Virus record (IMG/VR): IMGVR_UViG_3300027977_000027
Coordinates: 9,021-73,020 of that record
Source of the DNA: a virus
Length of the DNA stretch: 64,000 bases
Strand: one strand, 5' to 3'
The notes under the pieces were generated by a model. That model was not told where the DNA came from. It did not search any database and saw nothing but the letters and a program-made list of their open reading frames with translations. The stretch's first letter is position 1. The number at the start of each line of letters is the position of its first letter. The translations under genes were made by a program, and so were the position numbers. Below, piece by piece: positions 48,178-59,157 of this stretch.

Positions 48178-48846
48178 ATGGAAACAAAATCAGGGGTCTA
48201 TTGTATAGAAAACAAAATCAACGGAAAAAAGTATATTGGCTCATCTCAAGATGTTTATAAAAGAAGAAATAGACATTTTAGTGAGTTAAAAAACAGAAAA
48301 CACAAAAACATTAAACTTCAAAACTCATATAATAAACATGGTAAAGGTGCCTTTCAATTTTATGTTTTAGAATTTGTTGAAGTAAAAGATTTATTAATAG
48401 ACCGAGAACAATATTATATCAATAAAGAAAAACCTCGATATAATATTAATATGATAGCTAACTCATCTTTAGGTGTTAAACGTAGTGAAGAGACTAAAGA
48501 AAAAATTAGACAAGCAAATTTAGGTTTAAAACATCCAGAATGGCGTAATGAAATAAAAAGCGAAGCACAAGGTGGTGATAATCATTGGACTAAGAAAAAA
48601 GAATTTAGTGATGACGCTAAGAAAAAAATGAGTGAAACACATAAAAAATTGTTTGAGAATGGATATAAAAACCCAGTTGGTAAAGAGGTTATAGAACTTG
48701 ATAATGAAGGTAATGAAATAAATAGATGGCCAAGCTTAATACAAGCTGGTAAATATTATAAAGTTGATGCTATGACAATTTTTAATATTATTAAAGGTAA
48801 AAAAAGTCGTAAGTTAAAAGAAAAAATTTTTAAACATGTCGAATAA
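48178..48846 (+). CDS. GIY-YIG homing endonuclease (I-TevI-like)
   Basis: SGVYCIENKINGKKYIGSS...REQYYI...YNI; NUMOD3. Confidence 0.9.
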   Translation: METKSGVYCIENKINGKKYIGSSQDVYKRRNRHFSELKNRKHKNIKLQNSYNKHGKGAFQFYVLEFVEVKDLLIDREQYYINKEKPRYNINMIANSSLGVKRSEETKEKIRQANLGLKHPEWRNEIKSEAQGGDNHWTKKKEFSDDAKKKMSETHKKLFENGYKNPVGKEVIELDNEGNEINRWPSLIQAGKYYKVDAMTIFNIIKGKKSRKLKEKIFKHVE

Positions 48847-49282
48847 AAATAGTATTGTTGTGTGTGTGGATTTTGACGGCACGTGTGTTACGCACGATTA
48901 CCCAAATGTTGGTCATGATATAGGTGCAGCACCTATATTAAGGAGATTGGTTGCCGAAGGACATCAATTAATACTTTGGACAATGAGATGTGATAGTGGT
49001 GTGGAGTCTGGTAAATTTAAAAGTGGTTTAACAGATGCGGTTAATTGGTTTAAAGAAAATAATATTCCACTTTATGGCATACAAAGAAACCCAACCCAAG
49101 ATAATTGGACAAAATCACCTAAAGCCTATGCTCAATTATATATTGATGATGCTGCTCTAGGGGCACCGCTTAAGTATGACAACAGCATTTCAGATAGACC
49201 TTTTATAGATTGGGTAATTGTTGAAAAATTAATGTTAAGAATGGGGTTTTTAACATATGAAAATAATCAACCCCAAAATTAA
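48836..49282 (+). CDS. HAD-superfamily phosphatase
   Basis: VDFDGT, LILWTMR, K.YA..YIDD. Confidence 0.85.
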   Translation: MSNKNSIVVCVDFDGTCVTHDYPNVGHDIGAAPILRRLVAEGHQLILWTMRCDSGVESGKFKSGLTDAVNWFKENNIPLYGIQRNPTQDNWTKSPKAYAQLYIDDAALGAPLKYDNSISDRPFIDWVIVEKLMLRMGFLTYENNQPQN

Positions 49283-49511
49283 AACACTCAGTTAATTTAG
49301 ATATTTATAATAAAAAATTATGGAAGTCACAAAAAAAATAGACTTTGGTGAATATTTGATTATTGCGGTGTATGATGATGTCAGTGGGTCTTTAGAGATT
49401 AGTGTTTTAGATGAATTAGAAGAATTGATAGAAAGCATTCAAGTCACAAACGATGACGAAGACAATTCTGAAGAAAACGATACTTTTACCAAACCTAGTT
49501 TAAATTAATTT

Positions 49512-49900
49512 ATGGATAAACAAATAGAGGTAAAAAATCATGGTGGGATGGTAAAAAACATTCTGAGGAAACTAAACAAAAGATAAGTAAGTCAAATAAA
49601 GGTAAAACTTTATCTGACGAAACTAAAAGAAAAATGTCTGAATCTCATAAAAATAATGAATCATGGTGGAAAGGTAAGGTCCGTTCTAACAATACAAAAT
49701 CAAAAATCAGTAATTCATTAAAAAAAGTAATTTATCAAATTATTGATGGTGAGGTTTTTAATAGTTGGAAATCTAGCGAAGAAGCGTTAAATGAATTAAA
49801 AATATCTAGTAAAACAATTGGTAATTATTGTAGACAAAAAGACCATACAAAAAATAAATTAGGTTTGATTTATAAAATAGATTATGAAAAAACAAAATAG
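49512..49900 (+). pseudogene. Truncated NUMOD3 homing endonuclease remnant
   Basis: GKKHSEETKQKISKSNKGKTLSDETKRKMSESHK in frame upstream of 49634; no catalytic domain. Confidence 0.65.
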
Positions 49901-50393
49901 GAAAGAAAAATTAAATAAAGAAATTAAAATTCAAAAAATAAGATTAGTTGGGGCTTTTAATGGTGAAATAGTTACTTTAAAAGATGCTTTAATTAAGTCA
50001 GAAGAAATGGGTTTGGATTTAGTTTTGATTTCTGAAAATAATGATATAGGCGTTTGTAAAATAATGAGCTATGAAAAGTTCTTATATGAGCAAATGAAGA
50101 AGGAAAAAGAAAAACAAAAATTCTTGGATGTAAAAGAAATAAAAGTAGGACCAAACACCTCTGAAAACGACTTAGATTACAGAGTAAAACATATGTGTGA
50201 ATTCTTACAAAAAGGCCATAAAGTAAAAATAACCATGCAGTTTAAAGGTCGTGAAATGGCTTTTGTTAGCAAAGGAGAACAACTTATGTTAAACCTTATT
50301 TTAAAACTTACAGATTTTGGTACAGCTGAAGCTATGCCAAAACTTGAAGGTAAAAAAATGTTCGTTAATATCAAACCAAAAATCAAAAACTAA
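49884..50393 (+). CDS. infC: Translation initiation factor IF-3
   Basis: IRLV...GLDLVLIS...VCKIM.Y.KF.YE...KEIK...GHKVK....FKGRE. Confidence 0.92.
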   Translation: MKKQNRKEKLNKEIKIQKIRLVGAFNGEIVTLKDALIKSEEMGLDLVLISENNDIGVCKIMSYEKFLYEQMKKEKEKQKFLDVKEIKVGPNTSENDLDYRVKHMCEFLQKGHKVKITMQFKGREMAFVSKGEQLMLNLILKLTDFGTAEAMPKLEGKKMFVNIKPKIKN

Positions 50394-50431
50394 TTTGGAA
50401 TTATGAAAAGAAAATTGTACCTTTGTATAAT

Positions 50432-50770
50432 ATGAAATTTAACATTCTTGCTAATAAACATGAAAAATTAAAAAATACGCTTAAAGATAAACTTTTACAC
50501 AGAGTTGTCGGTGACAGTGAGATTGATAAAATAATAGATTTGTTTGAACAATATGAAAGTGAAAACTTACAGACTATTGAAAAATTAACTAGGAATAAAA
50601 CGGTAGTAGTCAGAAAAATAAGTGGTGCATTAAAACAAACAATAAATGTTCATGGGCCGATAACAAAAGTGTTGATTGGTTCTGCGACAAAAAGAATATA
50701 TGGTGCTTTGCTTGAACCAAAAGTTAAGTTAGGTTTTTGGCAAAGTATTTTAAAATGGTTTAAATTATGA
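50432..50770 (+). CDS. Hypothetical protein
   Basis: ORF after a promoter. Confidence 0.6.
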   Translation: MKFNILANKHEKLKNTLKDKLLHRVVGDSEIDKIIDLFEQYESENLQTIEKLTRNKTVVVRKISGALKQTINVHGPITKVLIGSATKRIYGALLEPKVKLGFWQSILKWFKL

Positions 50771-51288
50771 AAAACGTTACAAAACTATCTGTCTTCGATT
50801 TTGATGGTACTTTGATAGACACACCACTACCAGACTCTGGAAGAAAACTATACCAAGAGAAAACTGGTAAACCTTGGCCTTATCAAGGTTGGTGGGGTAG
50901 AGAAGAGTCTTTGGATTCATCAATATTTGATATGAAACCAATTGCTAGTGTTATGGCTGATTACAAAGCTGAGAAAGCTAAAGAAAATACAGCTGTTATC
51001 ATGTTAACTGGTAGAATTTCAAGATTGGCCAATAAAGTTGAATCGATTTTGAGTGAAAAAGGTTATTCATTTGATGGTTACTATTACAACAGAGGTGGTA
51101 GCACAGACGTTGAAAAGATAAAGACGTTGAATGAGATTTTAGAAAAATACCCGTTTATAAAAATTGTGGAACAATGGGATGACCGTTTAGAACACATCCC
51201 AACATTCGAACGATGGGGAAAAACAAAAGTAGAAGAAGGGCGTTTAAAAGACTTTCAAGTAAATGTAGTGTTGTCAAATCATCACTAA
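50767..51288 (+). CDS. HAD phosphatase, Swiss-Army-Knife RNA-repair-like
   Basis: FDFDGTL..TP...WW...MLTGR...K...WDDR..H. Confidence 0.8.
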   Translation: MKNVTKLSVFDFDGTLIDTPLPDSGRKLYQEKTGKPWPYQGWWGREESLDSSIFDMKPIASVMADYKAEKAKENTAVIMLTGRISRLANKVESILSEKGYSFDGYYYNRGGSTDVEKIKTLNEILEKYPFIKIVEQWDDRLEHIPTFERWGKTKVEEGRLKDFQVNVVLSNHH

Positions 51289-51356
51289 TCAGAAACCCAC
51301 AAAAATTTGTGGGTTTTTTGTTGTATAATAACATAAAAAATAGTATATTTGTGAAA

Positions 51357-53279
51357 ATGATAAAATTAAACAATATTATAGAAGGACGCATGAGCATGAA
51401 TGCTAGTGGTTCTGCGTACCTAGTAAACAATGACTTACCAAAAGACATATACATTAGCAAGAATAATACAAATAAAGCATTACACTTAGACACCGTAAAG
51501 GTTAAAATAATTCAAGGCACTGGCCGTTCAATTGAAGGTGAAGTAATAGAGATAATAGAACGTTTTAGGACGGAGTTTGTAGGAACAATTCAAATATCTC
51601 CACGCTATGCTTTTTTCATCCCAGATAGCAATAAACTACCAATAGATTTTTTTATTCCGATATCAAAATCAATGGGGGTAAAAGATGGGCAAAAAGTTGT
51701 TGCCAGACTGGTAGAATGGAAAGATGATGCCAAGAACCCTAATGGTGAAATCATTCGTGTTATAGGTGACGCTGGTGAGCATGAAACAGAGATTCACTCA
51801 ATCCTTGAAGAGTATGGGTTACCATATGATTTTGATTCTGATGTAATCGCTGAATCAGAAGCCATCCCAGAAATTATTCCGCAATCAGAAATTGATAAGC
51901 GTAGAGATATGCGTAATGTTCTTACCTTTACCATTGACCCAGCCGATGCCAAAGACTTTGATGATGCCTTGAGTGTTGAATGGGTAAATGGAGAATTATA
52001 TGTTGGTGTTCATATCGCTGATGTAAGCCATTATTTGCGTCCTGACACTGAATTAGACAAAGAAGCGTATAATAGGGGTACCAGCGTTTATCTTGTGGAT
52101 AGATGCGTTCCTATGCTTCCAGAGAGGCTTTCTAATGGCTTATGTAGTCTTAGACCACACGAAGATAAGCTTTGCTTCTCAGCGGTGTTTAAATTGGACC
52201 ATAATGGTCATGTATTGGAAGAATGGTATGGAAGAACTGTAATTAATTCAAATCACCGATTTACTTATGAGGAAGCACAAGAGGTTATAGAACTTGAAAA
52301 GCTACCAGAACCTAATAATGGTCCTTTTAGTGAGTTATTCAACGCTATCATTCATTTGGATAAGATAGCCAAGAAGATGCGTAAAACACGTTTATCGAAG
52401 GGTAGTATATCTTTTGATAAACAAGAGGTTCGTTTCAAATTGGATTCCAATAATAAACCAACCGATATTATATTCAAAGTTGGTAAGGATTCAAATAAAT
52501 TGATTGAGGAATATATGTTGTTGGCAAACAGACACGTTGCTCAATTCCTTAATTCCAAAGCCATAGCAAGTGTTAACCGTGCACATGATAAACCTAACGA
52601 AGAAAAATTAAACAACTTAAAAGAGTTTATCAAGCAATTTGGTTATGATATCAAAACACAAGACCCAGTTGAAATCACAAAAACTCTTAATAAATTGTTT
52701 GAGGATGTGAAAGGCAAACCAGAAGAAAACATGATTGACAATCTTGTTGTTCGTACCATGCAAAAAGCAGATTACAGAACCAAGAACATTGGTCATTATG
52801 GTTTAGGATTCAAAGACTACACACATTTCACCAGTCCAATAAGACGTTATCCAGACGTAATGGTTCACAGATTATTGGCTAGAGTATTGGAAGGAAAGGC
52901 AGCGCCTAAACTGGAGAAGCTTGAAGCCAAGTGTGTTTATTTATCAGAAAGAGAAAAGAAAGCACAAAAAGCCGAACGTGATTCTATAAAGTACATGCAA
53001 TGCATTTACATGTCAAAAAATGTTGGTAAAATATATAAAGGAATCGTAACATCAGTTGCTGAATATGGTTTGTTTGTTGAAATACAAGAGAACAAATGTG
53101 AGGGGTTGATTAGATTGTCAGATATTGGTGGAGATACTTATGTTGCAGATGTTAATAACTATTGTGTTAAAGGATTTAATACAGGTCAAACAATAAAACT
53201 TGGGGACGAAGTAATGATTGTTGTTAAGTCAGTAGACGTTGAAAAGAAAAATATAAATCTAACATTATTAAGACTATGA
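51357..53279 (+). CDS. rnr: Ribonuclease R
   Basis: FTIDPADAKDFDDA, VHIADV, HFTSPIRRYPD, C-terminal S1 domain. Confidence 0.95.
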   Translation: MIKLNNIIEGRMSMNASGSAYLVNNDLPKDIYISKNNTNKALHLDTVKVKIIQGTGRSIEGEVIEIIERFRTEFVGTIQISPRYAFFIPDSNKLPIDFFIPISKSMGVKDGQKVVARLVEWKDDAKNPNGEIIRVIGDAGEHETEIHSILEEYGLPYDFDSDVIAESEAIPEIIPQSEIDKRRDMRNVLTFTIDPADAKDFDDALSVEWVNGELYVGVHIADVSHYLRPDTELDKEAYNRGTSVYLVDRCVPMLPERLSNGLCSLRPHEDKLCFSAVFKLDHNGHVLEEWYGRTVINSNHRFTYEEAQEVIELEKLPEPNNGPFSELFNAIIHLDKIAKKMRKTRLSKGSISFDKQEVRFKLDSNNKPTDIIFKVGKDSNKLIEEYMLLANRHVAQFLNSKAIASVNRAHDKPNEEKLNNLKEFIKQFGYDIKTQDPVEITKTLNKLFEDVKGKPEENMIDNLVVRTMQKADYRTKNIGHYGLGFKDYTHFTSPIRRYPDVMVHRLLARVLEGKAAPKLEKLEAKCVYLSEREKKAQKAERDSIKYMQCIYMSKNVGKIYKGIVTSVAEYGLFVEIQENKCEGLIRLSDIGGDTYVADVNNYCVKGFNTGQTIKLGDEVMIVVKSVDVEKKNINLTLLRL

Positions 53280-54074
53280 CAGACGAGTATTTGGTAAAAT
53301 CTTTCTTGGATAAAAATTATTTTTTAAAAGCTTCATATGTAAATTATTATGTTGTTGAAAAACAAACAGAGAAACAATTTAGTGAAAAGTTTTTCGATGA
53401 TGAAATATCTAGTATCTTTGGTCATATAAGCGGATTAAAAATCTATTTTGAAGAATGGTTTTATAATAAAAAAGCTGAATTATTAAAAGAAATTTATGAT
53501 GAGTTTGGTTCTTTAGAATTTAATAAAAAGAGTATCGAACTGATGACTTTTTTATGTGAATTAGAGGTGTCCAAAAAATATGATAAACCATTCACTGTAC
53601 AGACTTTTGAAGATTACTATTTTAACTATGTTTTAAAAGATAAAGTTAAAACGTTCATAGATGAAACTTATGAGGAAAAAAAAAACGAGTAGTTCTGATT
53701 TAATTAGATTGTCTTCAGTTATGTTTAGCGGAGAAACACCAAGTATAATTGAAAAGGGTGAGGCGATAATTAATGAGTGGTATTTTGACAATGTGTTTTC
53801 AAAAAAAATAGATTCGTTCTTCAAAGAAGCTAAGCTAATTTTAGGACCATACAATTGGATAGTAATACATCCATATTATGGAAAAATAAATACATATAAA
53901 TTAAGTAAAAATTTTCCAGAAGAAACTCCTTATCAAACATCTGTTTTAAATAAACAGTATGATGATTGGTATAACGAAAAAATTTTGGAAGTGTCTGAGA
54001 AAATGATGAAAGAATTCTAATCAGAAACTTGTTTATATCGATTTATTTTTGTACCTTTGCTCAAAACATTTAAC

Positions 54075-54497
54075 ATGACAGAAGAAAATAATTACCCAGT
54101 TGAAGAATTTCAAAACCTGCTTTCAACATTTATTAGAAGGAACATAAAAGGTTATCATTTCATTGCCGATGCAATTGACAACGCTGAAGCAACTGAACGT
54201 TCAATCTTATCTGAATTAAAATGGAATGCTGATGATTTGCATGAAGCCTTGGGTGGCGATGCGCCTAACGTTTCAGATTTAGAAGACGAAGTTTCAGAAC
54301 TAGAATATGAGATACGTAATTTAGAGGAAGAAAATGACAGACTAGAACAAGAGTTGAAAGGAGCAAAACTAACTTTTGGTGGGACTTTAAATGACGAATA
54401 CAAAATTCAATTCTTTACTGAACACCATGAAAAATACACACCGTGGGAAATTGAAGAACTTTTAATAAATGGTAGAGAATTACTTAAGAGAAAATGA
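54075..54497 (+). CDS. Hypothetical coiled-coil protein
   Basis: Acidic heptad repeats. Confidence 0.6.
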   Translation: MTEENNYPVEEFQNLLSTFIRRNIKGYHFIADAIDNAEATERSILSELKWNADDLHEALGGDAPNVSDLEDEVSELEYEIRNLEEENDRLEQELKGAKLTFGGTLNDEYKIQFFTEHHEKYTPWEIEELLINGRELLKRK

Positions 54498-55150
54498 AAA
54501 TAATCTGTATATCCGATACCCACACAAAGCACAATCAAATACCTAGTCAGTATATTGATAACGCAGATGGAAGCATTGACATGATTATACATGCTGGTGA
54601 TGTTTCTAGTCGTGGATATAAAACTGAAGTTATAAATTTTTTGAATTGGTATAATGATTTAAATTTTAAATACAAAATACTAATTGCTGGAAATCATGAC
54701 TTTTATTTCGAAGAAGCTAAACCAGAAGAGATAAAAGAAACGTTATTGGAATTTCCGAATATTATTTATCTTAATGATAGTGGTGTTGAGATAGAAGGTT
54801 TTAAAATTTGGGGTAGTCCAGTTCAACCATGGTTTTACAATTGGGCTTTTAACAGGACTTCATCAATGATTAATGAACACTGGGAAAAGATACCCATAGA
54901 TACCAACATACTTATTACACACGGACCTATGAGAGGCTATCTAGACTTAACAGATAGAGGTGAACCAGTTGGTTGTCCTCTTCTAAGAAATAAAATATCT
55001 GATTTGAAAAACTTGAAACTTCATGTTTGTGGTCACATTCACGAGGCTTACGGTAGAGTTGATGTGCCAGATGGCCCAACATTGGTTAATGCTAGCCTTT
55101 TGGATTTGAGATATATTATGAACCACACACCAATAATTGTTGAACTTTAA
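54494..55150 (+). CDS. Metallophosphoesterase
   Basis: SDTH, HAGD, AGNHD, THGP, GHIHE. Confidence 0.9.
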   Translation: MKIICISDTHTKHNQIPSQYIDNADGSIDMIIHAGDVSSRGYKTEVINFLNWYNDLNFKYKILIAGNHDFYFEEAKPEEIKETLLEFPNIIYLNDSGVEIEGFKIWGSPVQPWFYNWAFNRTSSMINEHWEKIPIDTNILITHGPMRGYLDLTDRGEPVGCPLLRNKISDLKNLKLHVCGHIHEAYGRVDVPDGPTLVNASLLDLRYIMNHTPIIVEL

Positions 55151-55335
55151 AAAAAAATACAAATGAATTTATATAACTACATTTTCTGGTATAATGAATA
55201 TGAGGCTCTTTGGTATGCTGTACCTAGAGACAGTCAAATCTTGTTCTTCAGTGGAAGAAAAAAAGAATTAAAAAACATATTGTCTGATAAAGACGTAAAT
55301 GTTTTGATTATAAAAATTAATAGATTAATTAAAAA

Positions 55336-56064
55336 ATGAGCAGAATAATAGCTGTTGGTGACACGCATGGTCGCTCAACTTGGAAAAGAATTCTAGAAAA
55401 AGAAACTGAATTTGACAAGTTTATTTTTATTGGTGATTATTTTGATTCACATAATAAAGGTTATAGTGGTAATAAGCAAATAGTAAACTTTAATGAGATT
55501 GTTGAATTTAAAAAAACAAATCCAGATAAAGTAATTTTATTGTTTGGAAATCATGATTATCATTACATAAAAGGTATTGGTGAAACATACTCTGGTTATC
55601 AAGGTAGCTATGCTTTGGATATTGGAGAAGTCGTTGAGAAAGCAATTAACGATGGTTTGGTTCAAATGTGTTATCTACATGATAATTTCTTTTTTAGTCA
55701 CGCTGGGTTGACCAAAACTTGGGTTAAAACTGTTTTGGCGCCAAATAACATAAACCCACTGGTTAATGACATTATGGTTAATTTAATAAATGAATTTTTA
55801 AAATATCAACCTAGAGTATTTGGTTTTACCATGGGTAATAATTTTAGTCAAACTGGTGATGATATAACACAAGGTCCAATATGGGTAAGACCACAGTCTT
55901 TGGTTAAAGATATGGTTGAAAACATAACGTGCATAGTGGGTCACACTCAAGTTAGAGAACTAACTTACTTACCAGAAAATAAGTTGATTTTAATTGATTG
56001 TTTAAGTAGTGTGGATGAATATCTTATAATTGAAGATGGTCAAACAAAAATCGGGAGACTTTAA
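55336..56064 (+). CDS. Metallophosphoesterase
   Basis: GDTHG, GDYFD, GNHD, SHAG, VGHT. Confidence 0.9.
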   Translation: MSRIIAVGDTHGRSTWKRILEKETEFDKFIFIGDYFDSHNKGYSGNKQIVNFNEIVEFKKTNPDKVILLFGNHDYHYIKGIGETYSGYQGSYALDIGEVVEKAINDGLVQMCYLHDNFFFSHAGLTKTWVKTVLAPNNINPLVNDIMVNLINEFLKYQPRVFGFTMGNNFSQTGDDITQGPIWVRPQSLVKDMVENITCIVGHTQVRELTYLPENKLILIDCLSSVDEYLIIEDGQTKIGRL

Positions 56065-56326
56065 ATATGATAAAAGAAAAAACAGTAACAATTTTTTTAG
56101 TATTATTTTTTTTATTCATTTTTTTGGCGGTTTTTTTTTACAAACCTTATATCGGCCAATACTATGTTGAAAAAGTTAGGGTTGATTCTATATCGTATAG
56201 AAATAGATACGAATTTTTGCCTGATAAAATGTGGTTCTATTATACTAAATATGGTACGATATATGGCTCAACCAAAAAGTATAATGTTGGGGATTCAATT
56301 GAGGTTAGATACTTAAAGATAAAAAA

Positions 56327-56833
56327 ATGACACATAAAGAATTTAGTGAAGGTAAAATAACAGAAAAACAAATGGCTAAGTTATTTCTCAAAGTAACTGA
56401 GTCATCCAAGGAACAGGATATAAAAGAACACTGGGATTTAGAAGTTTTATATAAAGATGCCCTCAAAAAAATAGATGTAAAAGGGTTAAAAAAACAAAAC
56501 AGATACGACCCTTTTCCTAATGAAAATTTTCATTGGGTTGAATTAGAAAACGTTTTGGGTGGTAAAAATTCTGGATGGGTATACGGTAAAGCAGATTATA
56601 TTGCGTTCGAGACAAATGACTATTGGATTATGGTTGATAGATTGGTTTTGGTAAATTTTATTGAAAAAAAAGTAGTCGGAAAAATAATTGAAAAAACTAA
56701 AGACCCATATACATTATACCAGCGCAGTGGTAGAAAAGATGTTGTCGTAAAGGTAAAAACAATTGATTTGATTCGCATATGTGATGACATATTAAATAAA
56801 CCAGAGAATGAGCAAGCTAATAATCAACAATAA
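56327..56833 (+). CDS. PD-(D/E)XK-like protein
   Basis: EHWD...IDVK...WVEL.N. Confidence 0.55.
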   Translation: MTHKEFSEGKITEKQMAKLFLKVTESSKEQDIKEHWDLEVLYKDALKKIDVKGLKKQNRYDPFPNENFHWVELENVLGGKNSGWVYGKADYIAFETNDYWIMVDRLVLVNFIEKKVVGKIIEKTKDPYTLYQRSGRKDVVVKVKTIDLIRICDDILNKPENEQANNQQ

Positions 56834-57251
56834 GAAAGCGTACTACGAATATAACATTTTAGAAAAAGTTGTCGCTGGTATTCAACTAAAAGGTTCTGAA
56901 GTTAAGTCAGTTAAAATGAGTAACGTAACCATAAATGAAGCTTATTGTTTTATTCAAAATAACGAAATATTTATAAAAAACATGTACATATCTGAACATA
57001 AGCAAGGTGGTGTGCATAATAATCACGAACCGTTGCGTGATAGAAAACTTTTATTAAAAAAGAAAGAAATATTGTCTTTATCTGAAAAAGTAAAACAAAA
57101 GGGTTTGACTATTATACCTTTGGAAGTTATATTGTCCAAAACTGGTTTTGTTAAAATTGAAATCGGTTTGGCAAAGGGTAAAAACCTGTATGACAAATCT
57201 AAAACAATTAAACTTCGTGATTTGGATAGAGAGTTGGAAAAAAATTATTAA
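56808..57251 (+). CDS. smpB: SsrA-binding protein
   Basis: NKKAYYEY...AGIQLKGSEVKS...R.RKLLLKKKEI...LAKGK..YDK. Confidence 0.95.
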   Translation: MSKLIINNKKAYYEYNILEKVVAGIQLKGSEVKSVKMSNVTINEAYCFIQNNEIFIKNMYISEHKQGGVHNNHEPLRDRKLLLKKKEILSLSEKVKQKGLTIIPLEVILSKTGFVKIEIGLAKGKNLYDKSKTIKLRDLDRELEKNY

Positions 57252-57322
57252 TTTTTCTTACAAAATACAAAAAAATTTAGTACCTTTGCATTTCATCTTT
57301 ATTCTAATCGTAAAACTAATAA

Positions 57323-58219
57323 ATGAAAAATCTAGTAATTAACAACAGAGTTACCAATCGTGAAAACGTTTCCTTCAACCAATATCTTAAGGATATTGCC
57401 TCAATTGATGTGCTTACTCCTGAACAAGAGACTCTTTTAGCAGAGAAAGCTAGCAAAGGAGATAAAAAAGCTATTGATGAATTGGTGAGTAGAAATCTTA
57501 GGTTTGTTGTTAGTGTTGCGAAACAATACGCCACACCACAAAATCCTCTAGAAGATTTGGTTAATGAAGGCAACATAGGCCTTATCATAGCTGCTGAAAA
57601 ATTTAACCCAAGTATGGGCTTTAAATTCATTTCTTATGCTGTGTGGTGGGTTCGTAAAATAATAATGGAACACCTTTCCAAACATGGTCGTCTGGTTAGG
57701 TTACCATCCAATAAGATAAATAGCTTATCTAAATTAGATAAGGAAATATCTATTTTGGAACAAAAATTTGGGCGCACTGTAACAGTACAAGAAGCTATTG
57801 ATATGATGGGTGATGCTGAAAAATTTGATACAACTTCTTTCAAAAAGAAAGTAGAAGAATATAAATTTTTGGATATTTTATCATCTTATCATATGGACTC
57901 ATTAGACCGTGATATTAGCGGTGATGATGGTAATGGCACCATATTATCGGACACGATTTCTGATGAAAGTATCTTTAAGTCCGCTGACCATGACATTAAC
58001 CATGCCGATATTAAAAATGAGTTGAATAAGGTATTAGACACTCTTAAACCTAGAGATAAGCGTGTTATGGTAGCTTTGTTCGGTCTAGATGGTGATTTCC
58101 CAAGAACGCTAAAAGATGTTGGTGAAGAAATGGGTGTAACACGTGAAATGGTTAGGCAGATAAAAGAAAAATGTTTAGGTAAAATTCGTGTGCAAATGGA
58201 AAACTATGAAATAATTTAA
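57323..58219 (+). CDS. Sigma70-family (RpoD-like) sigma factor
   Basis: NLRFVVSVAKQY, DLVNEGNIGL, FKFISYAVWW, region 4 HTH. Confidence 0.92.
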   Translation: MKNLVINNRVTNRENVSFNQYLKDIASIDVLTPEQETLLAEKASKGDKKAIDELVSRNLRFVVSVAKQYATPQNPLEDLVNEGNIGLIIAAEKFNPSMGFKFISYAVWWVRKIIMEHLSKHGRLVRLPSNKINSLSKLDKEISILEQKFGRTVTVQEAIDMMGDAEKFDTTSFKKKVEEYKFLDILSSYHMDSLDRDISGDDGNGTILSDTISDESIFKSADHDINHADIKNELNKVLDTLKPRDKRVMVALFGLDGDFPRTLKDVGEEMGVTREMVRQIKEKCLGKIRVQMENYEII

Positions 58220-58627
58220 TTATGGATGACTTGATTTTCAAGTATTTAAATAAAAACTACAGGTTTACATTAAATACGTATGAAGATTTTTTGGTTAAAA
58301 ACAAAAGAACAAGTGAAGAAGAAAAATTATCAGAGGTTATTTCATCACTTTCGGTTATCTTTAATGAGGAAGAAAATGAAATTATGAGGATATTTGATAG
58401 ATGGGCTAATTTCCAAAATGCCATGTTATATAATATAATAACGGAAATAAGAGAGGAAGGATTAAAAGGTGGTAGTGAAATAAACCTAACCGTTGATGAA
58501 ATAGTTGAGATTATCTCATATCTACCATATGATGAAAATCAAGGATAGTTTAAGTACACATTTGAGTACATAAACAATTTTAGATGTTTTATACCTTTCC
58601 AGATATTTATTATTAAGAGTAAAAACT

Positions 58628-58969
58628 ATGGAAAAGACTAAAATAAAAGAATTATTGAGAGAAACCTTTGTCGCACCTATTGTAGAAAAGGAAGAAAAAG
58701 AGGAGAACGACAAAAAAAATAAAAATACTGAAAAAGATTATGGTGAAGTAACCAGAAAATTAGATGGTACCATGCTTAAAGCCAGTCAAGTTATGGCGGC
58801 AGCAGGTCTTGGTAATCCAAAAAACGCCACTGACAGGTCTCTTTTCAGCAAAAAGGTAAGACGTGAAAAGAACGATGAAGGCGGTTTGTACCAGTTCAAT
58901 GATGAGGAATTGGCCAAGATTATGAAAATCATAAACAACCCAGCCGCTTACCTAAACGTAAAAGCATAA
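58628..58969 (+). CDS. Hypothetical protein with IKELLRE N-terminus
   Basis: Upstream ATATTTAT motif; downstream terminator. Confidence 0.65.
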   Translation: MEKTKIKELLRETFVAPIVEKEEKEENDKKNKNTEKDYGEVTRKLDGTMLKASQVMAAAGLGNPKNATDRSLFSKKVRREKNDEGGLYQFNDEELAKIMKIINNPAAYLNVKA

Positions 58970-59157
58970 CATCAAACCCCAGATTAGCTGGGGTTTTTCA
59001 TTTTATATATGTGTTACACTTGGTTATGTCATAAGACACGCTTTTAGTTTAACACAAAGGTATAAAATATTTTCTAGAAAAAAAAATATTTTTTTGACAA
59101 AAAGATTTGGTAGTTCCAAAAAATTTTACTACCTTTGCCCTATCTAAACCAATTAAT

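Noticed and set aside
51213-51356. N-terminal extension of RNase R
   Set aside because: It overlaps the upstream gene, a terminator and a promoter; ATG at 51357 is the likely start.
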